Shown: positions 9,083 to 20,331 of the stretch, piece by piece
How positions within the stretch are numbered: position 1 is the stretch's first letter
Layout: every line of letters starts with the position of its first letter
Source of the DNA: Gammaproteobacteria bacterium
GTDB taxonomy: Bacteria > Pseudomonadota > Gammaproteobacteria > Steroidobacterales > Rariloculaceae
Length of the DNA stretch: 57,300 nucleotides
Assembly: GCA_036443505.1 (NCBI GenBank)
Contig: JAZFYK010000169.1
Coordinates: forward strand, 1-57,300
Direction of reading: 5' to 3'
Notes under the pieces: generated by a model
What the model was told of the DNA's origin: nothing
Seen by the model: the letters and a program-made list of their open reading frames with translations, nothing else
Databases searched by the model: none
Made by a program: the position numbers and the translations under genes

Positions 9083-10545
9083 GGGAGGAAATACTCGTCA
9101 ATGTCACGCCGCGGGAGGTGCGCACGGCATTATTAGAGAATGGCGTGCTTCAGGAGGTGCAGATCGAACGTGCGAGTCGACGAGGGCTGATCAGTAACAT
9201 TTATAAAGGCCGGGTGTCGCGAGTATTGCCCGGGATGCAGGCCGCATTCGTCGATATCGGAATCGAACGGACGGCGTTTCTTCACGCGTCGGATATCGCT
9301 CAGAATCCGCACGACGAGACGCCCAGCGGCGACATCGAGATCAATATCCGCGATCTTGTCGAGGAGAATGCCGAACTGCTCGTGCAGGTGCTCAAGGACC
9401 CACTGGGGACGAAGGGCGCGCGCCTCACGACTCATATTACAATCCCCTCCCGTTATATCGTCATGATGCCGCATGGCGAGGGCGTCGGAGTCTCGGCCCG
9501 TATCGAGGACGACGAGGAGAGGGAGCGCCTGCGACAGTGCATGGAGAGTATTACGGAACCGGACTCGCCGCCGGGCTATATCGTAAGGACGGCTGCGGAG
9601 GGCGCCACGGTCGAGGTTCTGAGAGCCGATGTGCTCTTTCTTGCGAAACTCTGGGAGGCCGTAGATGAGTCGGCGGCTGGGGCGGGCCCTGCCGAGTTGG
9701 TATACGAGGATCTGCCGTTGGCGATCAGAGTTCTCAGGGATCTGTTGGGCGCGGAAACGGAGCGTGTCCGAATCGATTCGGACCAGGTGTTCGCGCGAAT
9801 GACAGAGTTCGCCGATCGATTCATGCCACACATGTCACCGATTATCGAGCACTATACCGGCGAACGCCCGATCTTCGACCTCTACGGCATCGAGGATGAG
9901 ATTCAGCGGGCCTTGCAGAGAAAGGTGCCTCTGAAGTCTGGTGGTTATCTAATCTTCGATCAGACGGAAGCGATGACGACCATCGACGTCAATACCGGAG
10001 CCTACGTGGGTCATCGCAATCTCGAGGAGACGATCTTTCGCACGAATCTAGAGGCAGCCGTCGCCATCGCGAGGCAGCTAAGGCTCAGGAATCTCGGTGG
10101 AATCATCATCATCGACTTCATCGATATGACTGAAGCGGAACATCGTCGCCAGGTCTCCCACACGCTGTCAGGCCGCCTCGCCGGCGATCACGCCAAAACG
10201 CAGATTATGGCCGTTTCACCGCTCGGGCTGATAGAAATGACGCGCAAGCGGAATCGTGAAAGCCTGGAACACGTCCTCTGCCAGGCTTGTCCAAGTTGTG
10301 AAGGCCGTGGCTTCGTCAAGACCTCGGAAACCGTATGCTACGAGATCTTTCGGGAGATACTGCGTCAGCATGGCCAGTTCGAGTTTAAAGAGCTACTGGT
10401 GTTGGCCAGGCCGGATGTTATTGAACGGCTACTGGACGAAGAATCCGCGAGCATAGCGGAGCTAGAGGAGTTGACCGGATCACCGGTCCGGCTCCAGAGT
10501 GAGGGCCTCTATGCGCCGGATCAATTCGACGTAGTTCTGATGTGA
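9079..10545 (+). CDS. rng: Ribonuclease G
   Basis: S1 domain NIYKGRVSRVLPGMQAAFVDIG; RNase E/G catalytic core; 488 aa; ATGA overlap with maf. Confidence 0.9.
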   Translation: MREEILVNVTPREVRTALLENGVLQEVQIERASRRGLISNIYKGRVSRVLPGMQAAFVDIGIERTAFLHASDIAQNPHDETPSGDIEINIRDLVEENAELLVQVLKDPLGTKGARLTTHITIPSRYIVMMPHGEGVGVSARIEDDEERERLRQCMESITEPDSPPGYIVRTAAEGATVEVLRADVLFLAKLWEAVDESAAGAGPAELVYEDLPLAIRVLRDLLGAETERVRIDSDQVFARMTEFADRFMPHMSPIIEHYTGERPIFDLYGIEDEIQRALQRKVPLKSGGYLIFDQTEAMTTIDVNTGAYVGHRNLEETIFRTNLEAAVAIARQLRLRNLGGIIIIDFIDMTEAEHRRQVSHTLSGRLAGDHAKTQIMAVSPLGLIEMTRKRNRESLEHVLCQACPSCEGRGFVKTSETVCYEIFREILRQHGQFEFKELLVLARPDVIERLLDEESASIAELEELTGSPVRLQSEGLYAPDQFDVVLM

Positions 10546-10560
10546 GTCCTCAACAAGCGT

Positions 10561-13500
10561 ATGTGGAAGTTTTTTCGCAAACTAGTTAGGCGCCTCTATA
10601 TAGGAGTCGCGTCACTGGTGATCGTGCTCGCCATCGGCGTCGGCGCGTTTCGGCTTGTTGTGACTCAGCTTCCGAGCTACCAGGGCGAGATACAAGCCTG
10701 GGCCCGGGACGCGCTCGGGCTGACCATGGACTTCAGTCGGCTGGACGCTCGTTGGGCGCTGCGCGGCCCGGAGCTTACTTTCTACGATGCCAGCGTGAGC
10801 ATTCCCGGGGGCGAGCGCGAGCCAATCTTCAGTGCTCGAGAAGCGAGTATCGGACTGAGTGCCCTGGCTCTTGTCACGGAGCGACGACTCGTCGTGAATC
10901 GACTCACGGTGGTCGATACGCACCTGGCGTTCGAGCGTGGCACCGACGGCACTGTGCGGTTACGGGGCGCAACGTCGCAGCAGGCCGCCGCATCTGAGCT
11001 CACGCTCGAAGACCTGCCGCCGGTCGAGGTCATCGTCCGCGACAGCTCGGTAGTCTATGAAGACAGCGTGCGCGGCGTGTCCTGGGAGTTTCTTGACGTG
11101 AGCCTCGGGTTGGCACGCGAAGGCAACCAGATTCGAATAGAGGCTCGCGCCGACGCGCCCGCCGAGTTGGGTAGCCGCATCGATGTATTGGCGGACGGTG
11201 ACGTGATCGAGCCGGAGGACGGCTCCGGCCGGGACTGGCGACTGTTCGCCGAATTACGTGACCTGGATCTGAGCACGCTGGCGACGCTGTTTCCTGATCA
11301 GCCTGGTATGCCTCGCTCGGGTGTCGGTGACGTGTCGGTCTGGCTCGACTTCCTCGGCGGCAGAGTCGACCGTGCGACCATCCAGTTAACGTTAGAGAAT
11401 TTGCTGCTAGCGCGGCGTCCGGACTTCGGCGACGCGGACTCCAGTTACGAGGACTTGGCCTTCACTACGGAGTGGAGTCGCGACGGCGACGGTTGGCAGC
11501 TGGCGTTGAGCAATCTGAATCTCAGGCGACAGAACCGGTCCTGGCCCGGCGATGTCAACGTGAAACTCAGCGTAGCGAAGGACTCCAGCGGACCGGATGG
11601 GTTCGTGTTGAGCAGCGACTTCCTGAGGCTGGAGGACCTGACGCCCCTGATCGCGGCCTTGCCCGAGAACTCAGCCACCGACCTCTGGGTTGACCTTGCG
11701 CCCGTCGGCGATGTTCTCGACGTTCAACTCGACTGGGCGTCCGGGACCGAATCCTGGGTGTACTCAGCGTCGGCCGACTTTCGCGACATTGGCTTCACGA
11801 GCTACGAAGAATGGCCCGGTGTAACAGGTCTCTCCGGGGAACTGCGGGCGGTCTCCAGAAGTGGCCGACTGGCGCTGTCGACTCGTAATGCAGGCTTGCA
11901 ATGGCCGGCAGTATTCCGCGAGCCGCTGGATATCGAGGAACTCACCGGCATCCTGATCTGGCGACAGGGGCAGGACGGCATTCGCCTCGTAAGCGACGAC
12001 CTGTCGTTGAGCAGTCAAGACACGACGACGCGTTCGAATTTCGAGTTCACGATCCCGCTGGACGGTAGTTCTCCGCGGTTGGAACTCGAGACTAGCGTGT
12101 CTGGATTCGATGCGAGCAGAATGAGCCACTACCTGCCGGCGGGGGTGTTGCCGGCTCCGGTCGTCACGTGGTTGGATCGCGCCGTCGTCAGTGGCTACGT
12201 TCCCCGGGCAGAAGTCGAGTTCGTCGGGCCGGTGGCCGCTTTCCCGTTCTATGAAGACGAAGGAAGATTCTGGGCCACGTTCGATATCGAGGATGGTGTG
12301 CTCGCTTTTATGGAAGACTGGCCGGTGGCGCGAGATATTCGCGGCACAGTCGAATTCCTGAACGAGGGCTTTACGGCTCGCGGGACCGGCACGATCCTTG
12401 GCGAAGACAGAGCTTATATCAACGGCGGCATTGCGGACATGGGCGACGCGGTCGTCAGTGTCGAAGGCGTGACGGCTGCCTCACTCGCCGGCGTACTGGG
12501 TTACCTAAAAGAGATTCCGCTATTCTCCAGAAGCCTGGGCCCGGACTTGACGCGGCTAGAGGCGAACTCCGGAGACGCCGACGTGGAGTTGGTCCTTGAT
12601 CTGCCACTGACCGACTTTGCTGCCTACGAGCTCGATGCGCAATTGAGGATCCGAGACGGCGAATTGAGTGTCCCGGGTTTCGGTCTGGCAGCTACGGAGA
12701 TTCAGGGAGTCCTGAACCTGACGAACGACGGCGTGACCGCCACCGGCATCGAGGCGACTCTGCTGGATGGACCCGTAATCGCCAACGTCTTGCGTCCGGA
12801 GGAGCCGGGTTACCGGGCTCGGCTGGAGTTCGAAGGAGAGGTCGCGGCCGAGTCGGTCGGGAGTGCGTTCGATCTGCCGCTGAACTCGTACCTCGGCGGG
12901 CAGACGCATTGGCAGGGGAGTCTTCTGCTGCCCGCGAATCCCGCGCCAGACTCGCCGGGGCCGACCGCGCCGCTAAGAATCAACGTGAACTCGAACCTCG
13001 TCGGCGTCGCACTCGAATTCCCCGAGCCGTTCAGTAAGCTCCCGGCCGAGGCCACGAGTCTTCAGGTAAATTTCATATTTTCTGAGCCTGAGAGACTCGA
13101 TATCGAAGGCAACTTGGGCGCTGCGAATCGTTTCGCGCTGAGTTTGTGGAATCGGGAAGAGGGTATATCGCTGCGCAAGGGAAGTGTTCGCTTCGGCGGC
13201 TCTTATCCACTACTCCTTCCCCAGGACGGGTTGGATATTCGCGGCGAGCTCGGCCAGGTGCGACTAGACGACTGGCTGGACCTGTTCGAGAAAATCTCGT
13301 CCGAGACGGGCCTGGCCGCGCTGCTCACGACCGTGGACTTGGAAATTGCCGACTTCTCTGTCTTCGGCCAGTCGCTTGGTCAGACAACGCTGGCAGTCAG
13401 GCAGGAGCCGCCCGAGTGGCTCGTGGACATCGATAGCGAGCCTGTTGCCGGACGGTTCGTCGTGCCGCTGGATCTGAGCAGTCGTTCCCAGATCGTCGCG

Positions 13501-14430
13501 ACGATGCCGCGACTACACCTTTCTGCGATTGAGTCAGGCGACTCTGGCGAGACAGACCCGCGCGACCTTCCGGGGCTGCTCGTCAACGCTGGCGATTTTG
13601 CGTTAGGGCCGCGTCGTTACGGCGCGCTCAGCGCGGACATTCGAGCAGAAACCTCGGGACTTCGTTTGGCGTCGTTCCAGACCGTCGGTGAGGGCTTCAG
13701 CGTAGAGGGAAGTGGCGAGTGGTCTGACAGCGCTCAGGGAGTCAGGACGCAATTGGCGCTCACGCTCAAGAGCGAGAATGTCGCGATGGCGCTCGATGAA
13801 CTCGCGTGGGATCCACTTCTTGAAGGCGAACTGGCCGAGGTCTCAGCGAACATCTACTGGCCCGGCGGACCGTCAGCGGACTGGAGACAGGGTATCAGCG
13901 GCGATGTCGCTATTCGGCTGGAGCAGGGCAGCGTTCTCGAGTTAGAGCCCGGGGCAGGCCGCATGATGGGTCTAATGAGTATTTCCGCATTGCCCCGGCG
14001 ACTGGCCTTGGATTTCAGAGACGTCTTCAATCGTGGACTCGTGTTCGACGAGGTCAGCGGCAACTTCGTGCTCATCGATGGCGATGCGTATACGGACGAC
14101 TTGAGGCTCACTGGCCCGGTGGCGGACATCGGGGTCGTTGGTCGTACCGGCCTGAAGGATCAGACCTACCAGCAACAAGCGGTCGTTACCGCCGAGCCCG
14201 GCAAGATACTCCCGACGATGGGGTTCCTCGCGGGCCCTGGCGTCGGAACCGCGCTGCTGATCTTTACGCAGATATTCAAGGAACCACTGAGGGGCATAGG
14301 CCGTGCGTCCTACTGCCTGTCGGGAACGTGGACTGAACCGTTGATTGAGCGAGTGAGTCCTGAAGACCTGAGCACGGGGGAGCTTTGCGCCGACCTGCCT
14401 CCGGGCGGGCTAAACCCCGTTCAGGAGTAA
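10561..14430 (+). CDS. yhdP: YhdP-family (AsmA-like) large envelope protein
   Basis: 1289 aa with a single N-terminal TM (LYIGVASLVIVLAIGVGAF). Conserved position after maf-rng. Long beta-rich, repeat-poor body. Confidence 0.8.
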   Translation: MWKFFRKLVRRLYIGVASLVIVLAIGVGAFRLVVTQLPSYQGEIQAWARDALGLTMDFSRLDARWALRGPELTFYDASVSIPGGEREPIFSAREASIGLSALALVTERRLVVNRLTVVDTHLAFERGTDGTVRLRGATSQQAAASELTLEDLPPVEVIVRDSSVVYEDSVRGVSWEFLDVSLGLAREGNQIRIEARADAPAELGSRIDVLADGDVIEPEDGSGRDWRLFAELRDLDLSTLATLFPDQPGMPRSGVGDVSVWLDFLGGRVDRATIQLTLENLLLARRPDFGDADSSYEDLAFTTEWSRDGDGWQLALSNLNLRRQNRSWPGDVNVKLSVAKDSSGPDGFVLSSDFLRLEDLTPLIAALPENSATDLWVDLAPVGDVLDVQLDWASGTESWVYSASADFRDIGFTSYEEWPGVTGLSGELRAVSRSGRLALSTRNAGLQWPAVFREPLDIEELTGILIWRQGQDGIRLVSDDLSLSSQDTTTRSNFEFTIPLDGSSPRLELETSVSGFDASRMSHYLPAGVLPAPVVTWLDRAVVSGYVPRAEVEFVGPVAAFPFYEDEGRFWATFDIEDGVLAFMEDWPVARDIRGTVEFLNEGFTARGTGTILGEDRAYINGGIADMGDAVVSVEGVTAASLAGVLGYLKEIPLFSRSLGPDLTRLEANSGDADVELVLDLPLTDFAAYELDAQLRIRDGELSVPGFGLAATEIQGVLNLTNDGVTATGIEATLLDGPVIANVLRPEEPGYRARLEFEGEVAAESVGSAFDLPLNSYLGGQTHWQGSLLLPANPAPDSPGPTAPLRINVNSNLVGVALEFPEPFSKLPAEATSLQVNFIFSEPERLDIEGNLGAANRFALSLWNREEGISLRKGSVRFGGSYPLLLPQDGLDIRGELGQVRLDDWLDLFEKISSETGLAALLTTVDLEIADFSVFGQSLGQTTLAVRQEPPEWLVDIDSEPVAGRFVVPLDLSSRSQIVATMPRLHLSAIESGDSGETDPRDLPGLLVNAGDFALGPRRYGALSADIRAETSGLRLASFQTVGEGFSVEGSGEWSDSAQGVRTQLALTLKSENVAMALDELAWDPLLEGELAEVSANIYWPGGPSADWRQGISGDVAIRLEQGSVLELEPGAGRMMGLMSISALPRRLALDFRDVFNRGLVFDEVSGNFVLIDGDAYTDDLRLTGPVADIGVVGRTGLKDQTYQQQAVVTAEPGKILPTMGFLAGPGVGTALLIFTQIFKEPLRGIGRASYCLSGTWTEPLIERVSPEDLSTGELCADLPPGGLNPVQE

Positions 14431-14440
14431 CGGCCGCATC

Positions 14441-15247
14441 ATGAAGGCCGCCTCGATCCAGATGACGAGTGGTCGATCGGTCGAGCGCAATCTCGAGGTG
14501 GCGGCGCGACTGTTGCTGGACGCGAGCGCCGCGGGCGCGGAGCTGGCCGTGCTGCCGGAGAACTTCGCGTTTCTGGGCGCTGATGACAGCGAGCGCCTCA
14601 GCGTTAGTGAGACCTGGGCCGAGGGGCCTATCCAGAGCTTTCTCGCGGAACAGGCGGCCGACAATAACTTTTGGCTCGTCGGCGGTACCGTGCCTATCCG
14701 CGACGGCAGCGGCAAAGCCCATTCGGCGTCGCTGTTGTTTACGCCGGAAGGTGAGCTGGCCGTGCGCTATGACAAGATTCATCTATTCGACGTCGGCATA
14801 CCGGGGGCAACGGAACGTTACCAGGAGTCTCTAACGACCGTTGCGGGAACGAAGCCCGTAAGCGCCGTGACGCCGTTCGGCCGCCTCGGGCTCGCCGTCT
14901 GCTACGACCTCCGGTTCCCGGCGTTATTTCAGCGCCTCGGGGAGTTGGGGATGGAGATTCTCGCGCTTCCGGCGGCGTTTACCGTCCCGACGGGCGCTGC
15001 GCACTGGCGCGTGCTGCTAAGGGCCCGGGCGATCGAGGGGCTGTGTTATGTGATCGCCGCCGCCCAGTCAGGCGAGCATCCCGGCGGTCGCCGGACCTAT
15101 GGGCACTCAATGATCGTGGATCCCTGGGGCGAGGTTCTCGCAGAACTTGACTCGGATCCTGGCGTGATCGTGGCAGAGTTGGATATGATGCGACTAAGAC
15201 AAGTACGCGAAAGCTTTCCAACTCTTGAGCACCGGCGCCAGCTCTAG
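14441..15247 (+). CDS. Carbon-nitrogen hydrolase (Nit-type amidase)
   Basis: Glu-Lys-Cys triad contexts [13 protein letters not shown] and AVCYDLRFP; 268 aa. Confidence 0.85.
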   Translation: MKAASIQMTSGRSVERNLEVAARLLLDASAAGAELAVLPENFAFLGADDSERLSVSETWAEGPIQSFLAEQAADNNFWLVGGTVPIRDGSGKAHSASLLFTPEGELAVRYDKIHLFDVGIPGATERYQESLTTVAGTKPVSAVTPFGRLGLAVCYDLRFPALFQRLGELGMEILALPAAFTVPTGAAHWRVLLRARAIEGLCYVIAAAQSGEHPGGRRTYGHSMIVDPWGEVLAELDSDPGVIVAELDMMRLRQVRESFPTLEHRRQL

Positions 15248-15282
15248 AGCGATTCCATCACCGAGCGCCAGACGCGTCAGCT

Positions 15283-16752
15283 ATGCGACCTGAAAAATAT
15301 GTCGTCTCGCCTGTAGATTCGTTGGCAATCGTCGACCGCAAGCTCTTGCAGCCCGCGGGACTCGACCTGAGCCAGCTGGATCGGGCGTTGGGCGCGCTGA
15401 TGACCCGGCAGCTCGACTACGGCGACTTCTATTTCCAGTTCACGCGTTTCGAGACCTGGACCATAGAAGACGGCATCGTCAAAGACGGTACCCATAGTGT
15501 CGAGCAAGGCGTCGGCGTCCGGGCGGTTGCGGGCGAGAAAACAGGTTTTGCCTACTCCGATCAGCTCGACGCCCCGGCGCTTAAGGACGCCGTCGAAGCG
15601 GCGCGGGGAATCGTTCGAACGCGAGGCGATGGCCGCGCAAAGACGCCCCGGGCAACGCAGGCTCAGCAGCTGTATCCGGCAGACGACCCGTCGTTGAGCC
15701 TCGATGACGCCGATAAGGTCGAGTTGTTGCTGCGTTTGGATCGTGAGACGCGGGCCATGGATGAGCGCGTTATTCAGGTGATCGGAAGCCTTGCGAGCGT
15801 TTACGAGATGATACTCGTGCAGGGTTCGGACGGCGTTCTCGGGGCGGACATCAGGCCACTGGTGCGCCTCAACGTCTCGGTCATTACTCAGAAGGGCGAC
15901 CGTCGAGAGCAGGGTTACGCCGGCTGCGGCGGGCGGGGCGACCTGTCCTTACTCACGGCGACGGATCAGGTTCGAAGTCTGGCTGCGGAAGCAGTACGTC
16001 AAGCGTCGGTCAACATGGACGCTATCCCTGCCCCCGCCGGGGTAATGCCCGTCGTCCTGGGTCCGGGTTGGCCCGGAATCTTGTTGCACGAAGCTATCGG
16101 CCATGGGCTCGAGGGCGACTTTAATCGTAAGGGGACCTCGGCTTTTTCAGGCCTGATCGGTGAACGTGTTGCGTCGCCTGAGTGCTCCGTCGTCGACGAC
16201 GGTACGCTCGAAGGCCGCCGCGGCTCCCTCAATATTGACGATGAGGGATCGCCGACACAGTGCAATACCTTGATCGAGAACGGGGTACTCAAGGGATATT
16301 TGCACGACAAGCTGAATGCGAGACTCATGAATACCAGGTCGACGGGAAACGGGCGTCGAGAATCGTTCGCGTACCCGCCTATGCCACGAATGACCAATAC
16401 CTATATGTTGCCGGGCAAGCATGCACCGGAGGATGTGATCGCGTCGGTCGATAAAGGAATATATGCGCCGAACTTCGGCGGGGGCCAGGTCGACATCACT
16501 TCCGGAAAATTCGTGTTCTCCGCGAGCGAGGCTTACTTGATCGAGAACGGGAAAATCACTGCACCCGTGAAGGGTGTCACGTTGATCGGTAACGGGCCGG
16601 ACGTGTTGACCCGTGTATCCATGGTCGGTTCGGATCTCGAACTCGATCCGGGCGTCGGAACATGCGGTAAGGAAGGTCAATCGGTGCCCGTTGGAGTAGG
16701 ACAGCCGACGTTGCGCATCGACGCGATGACCGTCGGCGGAACCGAGGCCTGA
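15283..16752 (+). CDS. tldD: Metalloprotease TldD
   Basis: [18 protein letters not shown] zinc motif; 489 aa; follows the nit gene as in many gammaproteobacteria. Confidence 0.95.
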   Translation: MRPEKYVVSPVDSLAIVDRKLLQPAGLDLSQLDRALGALMTRQLDYGDFYFQFTRFETWTIEDGIVKDGTHSVEQGVGVRAVAGEKTGFAYSDQLDAPALKDAVEAARGIVRTRGDGRAKTPRATQAQQLYPADDPSLSLDDADKVELLLRLDRETRAMDERVIQVIGSLASVYEMILVQGSDGVLGADIRPLVRLNVSVITQKGDRREQGYAGCGGRGDLSLLTATDQVRSLAAEAVRQASVNMDAIPAPAGVMPVVLGPGWPGILLHEAIGHGLEGDFNRKGTSAFSGLIGERVASPECSVVDDGTLEGRRGSLNIDDEGSPTQCNTLIENGVLKGYLHDKLNARLMNTRSTGNGRRESFAYPPMPRMTNTYMLPGKHAPEDVIASVDKGIYAPNFGGGQVDITSGKFVFSASEAYLIENGKITAPVKGVTLIGNGPDVLTRVSMVGSDLELDPGVGTCGKEGQSVPVGVGQPTLRIDAMTVGGTEA

Positions 16753-16804
16753 TTGTTCTCAGACGACTAATACGCTTACTCGCCGGGCGTTGTCAGGAGC
16801 AACG

Positions 16805-17032
16805 ATGATGTGGCTTTCGAAGCCGTTGTACGAGTCGCTACCCTATTACTACATTGCGGTCGGCTTTTTTGTCCTGGCATCGAGTTTCTATCTGGATACC
16901 TGGTACTGGCCGGCAATCTTAGCCGGCGTGGGGCTCGCGGGCATGGTAGCCGGTCTGGTCGTGTGGCTCAGGCGCCGGGGGTATCGTCTGAGTCGCAGCC
17001 GTCTCCCCCTCGACGACTCGCCTCGCGGATAA
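16805..17032 (+). CDS. Small two-TM membrane protein, unknown function
   Basis: AGGAG at 16795-16799 lies 5 nt before the ATG at 16805. Two hydrophobic helices (YYYIAVGFFVLASSFYL and AILAGVGLAGMVAGLVVWL) are followed by a basic tail. I recognise no family. Confidence 0.5.
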   Translation: MMWLSKPLYESLPYYYIAVGFFVLASSFYLDTWYWPAILAGVGLAGMVAGLVVWLRRRGYRLSRSRLPLDDSPRG

Positions 17033-17065
17033 AGAAAACGTTTGGCCTGCTGGGGGCGTCCCCTA

Positions 17066-17557
17066 TTAGTTCTCGCGTGGGTCCGGCAGGCTAAGGCCGC
17101 GATCGGTCTGCTCCTTGCGGAACTCAGCCAGCGAAGTAGCGATAGAGGCGTGCTTGTTGGCGAGTATCGCGGCGGCCAGCAGAGCCGCATTGATCGCGCC
17201 CGGCTTGCCGATGGCCAGCGTGCCGACAGGGATGCCGGCCGGCATCTGCACCATGGATAGCAGGGAATCGATGCCGCCGAGTGCCTGAGATTGCATTGGG
17301 ACGCCGAGTACGGGCAGCTGTGTTTTCGCGGCGGTGACGCCTCCCAGGTGAGCCGCGCCTCCGGCACCCGTGATCAGCACCTCCAGGCCACGCTCGGACG
17401 CGCTTGAGGCATACTCGAAGAGTAAATCGGGAGTTCGGTGAGCCGATATGACTCGGACTTCGTTGGGAATATCCAGCTCGTCGCATGTCGCCGCCGAATG
17501 GCGCATGATTTCCCAGTCCGACATCGAGCCCATGATGATTCCGACCAAGGGTTTCAT
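17066..17557 (-). CDS. purE: N5-carboxyaminoimidazole ribonucleotide mutase
   Basis: [14 protein letters not shown]...ISAHRTPD...[11 protein letters not shown]...VLGVP. Confidence 0.95.
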   Translation of the reverse strand: MKPLVGIIMGSMSDWEIMRHSAATCDELDIPNEVRVISAHRTPDLLFEYASSASERGLEVLITGAGGAAHLGGVTAAKTQLPVLGVPMQSQALGGIDSLLSMVQMPAGIPVGTLAIGKPGAINAALLAAAILANKHASIATSLAEFRKEQTDRGLSLPDPREN

Positions 17558-17612
17558 CGGGCTATTGTACAGCAGTTAGAATCAGCGTTTCCGATCGCGA
17601 GGTTGCCCACCA

Positions 17613-18950
17613 ATGGATGCACACGAGGTGCAGCAGTCACTTCAAGCGACGGCAGAGGAAGCCGTTAAGGTCGCGCGCACGCTCGGTGCCGATCAGGTAG
17701 AAGCGTTTGTTAGTTACGACGAGGGTCTCTCGGTGACAGTGCGCATGGGGGAACTGGAGTCGGTTGAACGTCAGCGTGATCGCGCGCTCGCAATAACCGT
17801 GTACACAGGAGGCTGTAAGGGTAGTGCCAGCACGGGTCAGTTTTCCCCTACGGCGATCGAGGAAACCACCCGTAAAGCGCTGAGCATCGCGAGCTTTACC
17901 GAGGAGGACCAGTACGCAGGTCTTGCCGACGAGCAGTTGATGGCGCAGGAGTTCCCGGATCTCGACCTCTATCATCCATGGGAACTGCCCGTCGAAGCCG
18001 CCGAGGAACTCGCGCTCCGAACGGAGGATGTTGCGCGCGCGGCGGATCCCAGGATCAAGAACTCGGAGGGGGCATCCGTATCGACTGGCGGGGGCGTGCA
18101 GGTCTACGCCAATAGTCACGGCTTTTGCGGTGGGTATGCCACGACCAATCACTCGTTGAGCTGTTGCGTTATCGCAGAGGGCGAGAATGCGTTGGAACGG
18201 GACTATTGGTTGACGGTCGCGCGGAATCCCGAAGTTCTGGAGACGCCGGAGCAAGTCGGTGCAGAGGCCGCGCACAGGAGCTTACGTCGTTTGGGAGCGA
18301 GGCAGATCTCAACGAGGCAAGTGCCCGTGGTCTATCCGGCGGAGCTGGCAAGGGGTCTGTTCGGGCATCTCGTCGCGGCGATTCGGGGCACGAATCAGTA
18401 TCGCAAGGCTTCGTTTCTGTTGGACGCTTGTGGCGACCAGATCTTTCCAGAATTCGTCGTAATAGATGAGGATCCATTTATTCCCGGCGCGCTGGGCAGT
18501 GCACCGTTCGATAGTGAGGGCGTTGCGACCCGCCAAAGGAAGCTGATAGACAGTGGCGTTCTTCGGGGTTACGTCCTGTCGAGCTATTCTGCGCGGCGCC
18601 TGGGGCTGCAGACGACGGGGAATGCGGGTGGCGTTCACAATCTCGTCGTCAAGCCCACGGCCGGCTCGCTCGAGCAACTGCTCGGCGAGTGCCCGGAAGT
18701 CTTTCTGGTCGGCGAGTTACTCGGGCAGGGCGTCAACACGGTCAGCGGAGACTACTCGCGAGGCGCGGCGGGCTTCTGGATCGAGAACGGCGAGATCGTG
18801 CATCCGGTTAACGAAGTCACTATTGCGGGCAATCTCAAGGATCTGTTCCAGGGCATCCGGGCCGTGGGTTCGGACGTCGACTTACGGGGAACGGTTCGCT
18901 GCGGATCCGTTCTCGTCGACAGCCTCACCGTCGCCGGTAAGGCCAACTGA
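17613..18950 (+). CDS. pmbA: Metalloprotease PmbA (TldE)
   Basis: 445 aa paralogue of TldD; C-terminus GDYSRGAAGFWIENGEIVHPVNEVTIAGNL. Confidence 0.9.
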   Translation: MDAHEVQQSLQATAEEAVKVARTLGADQVEAFVSYDEGLSVTVRMGELESVERQRDRALAITVYTGGCKGSASTGQFSPTAIEETTRKALSIASFTEEDQYAGLADEQLMAQEFPDLDLYHPWELPVEAAEELALRTEDVARAADPRIKNSEGASVSTGGGVQVYANSHGFCGGYATTNHSLSCCVIAEGENALERDYWLTVARNPEVLETPEQVGAEAAHRSLRRLGARQISTRQVPVVYPAELARGLFGHLVAAIRGTNQYRKASFLLDACGDQIFPEFVVIDEDPFIPGALGSAPFDSEGVATRQRKLIDSGVLRGYVLSSYSARRLGLQTTGNAGGVHNLVVKPTAGSLEQLLGECPEVFLVGELLGQGVNTVSGDYSRGAAGFWIENGEIVHPVNEVTIAGNLKDLFQGIRAVGSDVDLRGTVRCGSVLVDSLTVAGKAN

Positions 18951-18959
18951 AGCTTTCCG

Positions 18960-20291
18960 TTACGACGTCTCCGGCTGTGCTTGCGCTGCGTTTTCGTCTA
19001 CCAGGTCCGCCAGGGAACGGGACTCTACGGCTTCGACTATGGCGGCATCGACCTGCCGGGCGACGGCTTGGACCGTTGGATTCCACTGCCCCGGTGCCAT
19101 TGTCCGCCCGTCTACGTCCGGCGCGCGAACCGATGCGAGAATCTCGGCGACACTGATTTTTCGTAGATCCCTGGCAGGGACGAGCCGCTCCTCGGTGGTC
19201 TCGACGAGCAGTCCGGCCTCCCGTAGCGCCCCGACGACGGGCTCCAACAGATGCCGCGGTACGCCAATACGGGCCGCCAGGCCCGACATTCCCCAGCCAT
19301 CCGTCGATTCAGCCGTGTCCTGGCCGACGAGCAGCATCACGCTGATAGCCAGACGCTCCGTAACTTCGTTGGACATGTTCGGTGTGCGCCTCTCAAGACT
19401 GAGATAATCCGGGTTCTGATAGAAGAAGGTGAACTGCGCACCGAGCAGCAGAACCAGCCAGGAGACGTAGAGCCATAGCATCCCGAAGATCATGATGGCG
19501 AATCCGGAGTAGATGACCGCAGTTCGGTTGGTGCTGGCGACGAACTGTGCGAAGAGTTCGCCGCAACCGACCCAGACGGTTCCGGCGATCGCGCCGCCTA
19601 TCAGCGCTGTTCGAATCCGCACCTTCGTATTCGGCACGAAAGAATAGAGAAAACTAAACACGCCAATCACCAGTACGTAGGGTGTGAGCTGGGTTACCTC
19701 GACGATCAGACTCCCGAAGGGCTCGATTTCTCGCAGTCGGTTGACGACGGCGGTATTTAGTATCGTCGCCAGCGTCCCCATGGCGACACTCATCAATGCG
19801 GGTCCGACGAGCATCACACTGAGGTACTCGCTGAAGCGGCGCCCAAAGCCGCGCGGGCGATCGACGCGCCACACAAAGTTGAAGCTATTCTCGACCTTAT
19901 GCGCCATCGATAAGGCCGTGAGGATCAACAAAATCAGACTCACCCCTGCCAGCGCAGAACCCTGCACGTTATCTACGAAGCCGATAACGGCGGCAGTCAG
20001 TTCCTCGCTGCGCGGACCCAGGGGCGCGAGAACGCTCAGGAGCAAAGGCTCCATTTGCCGGTGAAAGCCGAGGCCTTTCAGGATGGAGAAGCTCAACGCT
20101 AACAACGGCACGATCGCGAGCATCGTGGTGTATACCAGGCTCATTGCGCGCAGGCTAAGCTCGCCAGACGAGAGTTCTCTGGCCAGGGCGTAGAGGAAGC
20201 GTAAGACGGTCAGGAGGGCTCTCTGCGGTGTTCCTGACGGCACGTCGCGCTGCCAGAGCCACGCTTGAATACGTTGATTCCATCGCTCCAT
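18960..20291 (-). CDS. YihY/BrkB-family inner membrane protein with a C-terminal winged-helix-like extension
   Basis: The N-terminal ~290 aa is multi-TM with YihY-type LRAMSLVYTTMLAIVPLLAL. The C-terminal ~150 aa is soluble and resembles an Rrf2-type wHTH: GMSGLAARIGVPRHLLEPVVGALREAGLLVETTEERLVPARDLRKISVAEIL. Confidence 0.8.
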   Translation of the reverse strand: MERWNQRIQAWLWQRDVPSGTPQRALLTVLRFLYALARELSSGELSLRAMSLVYTTMLAIVPLLALSFSILKGLGFHRQMEPLLLSVLAPLGPRSEELTAAVIGFVDNVQGSALAGVSLILLILTALSMAHKVENSFNFVWRVDRPRGFGRRFSEYLSVMLVGPALMSVAMGTLATILNTAVVNRLREIEPFGSLIVEVTQLTPYVLVIGVFSFLYSFVPNTKVRIRTALIGGAIAGTVWVGCGELFAQFVASTNRTAVIYSGFAIMIFGMLWLYVSWLVLLLGAQFTFFYQNPDYLSLERRTPNMSNEVTERLAISVMLLVGQDTAESTDGWGMSGLAARIGVPRHLLEPVVGALREAGLLVETTEERLVPARDLRKISVAEILASVRAPDVDGRTMAPGQWNPTVQAVARQVDAAIVEAVESRSLADLVDENAAQAQPETS

Positions 20292-20331
20292 CTGCGGACT
20301 CCGTTACGTCATGGCGGATGCCTGGCCAACG

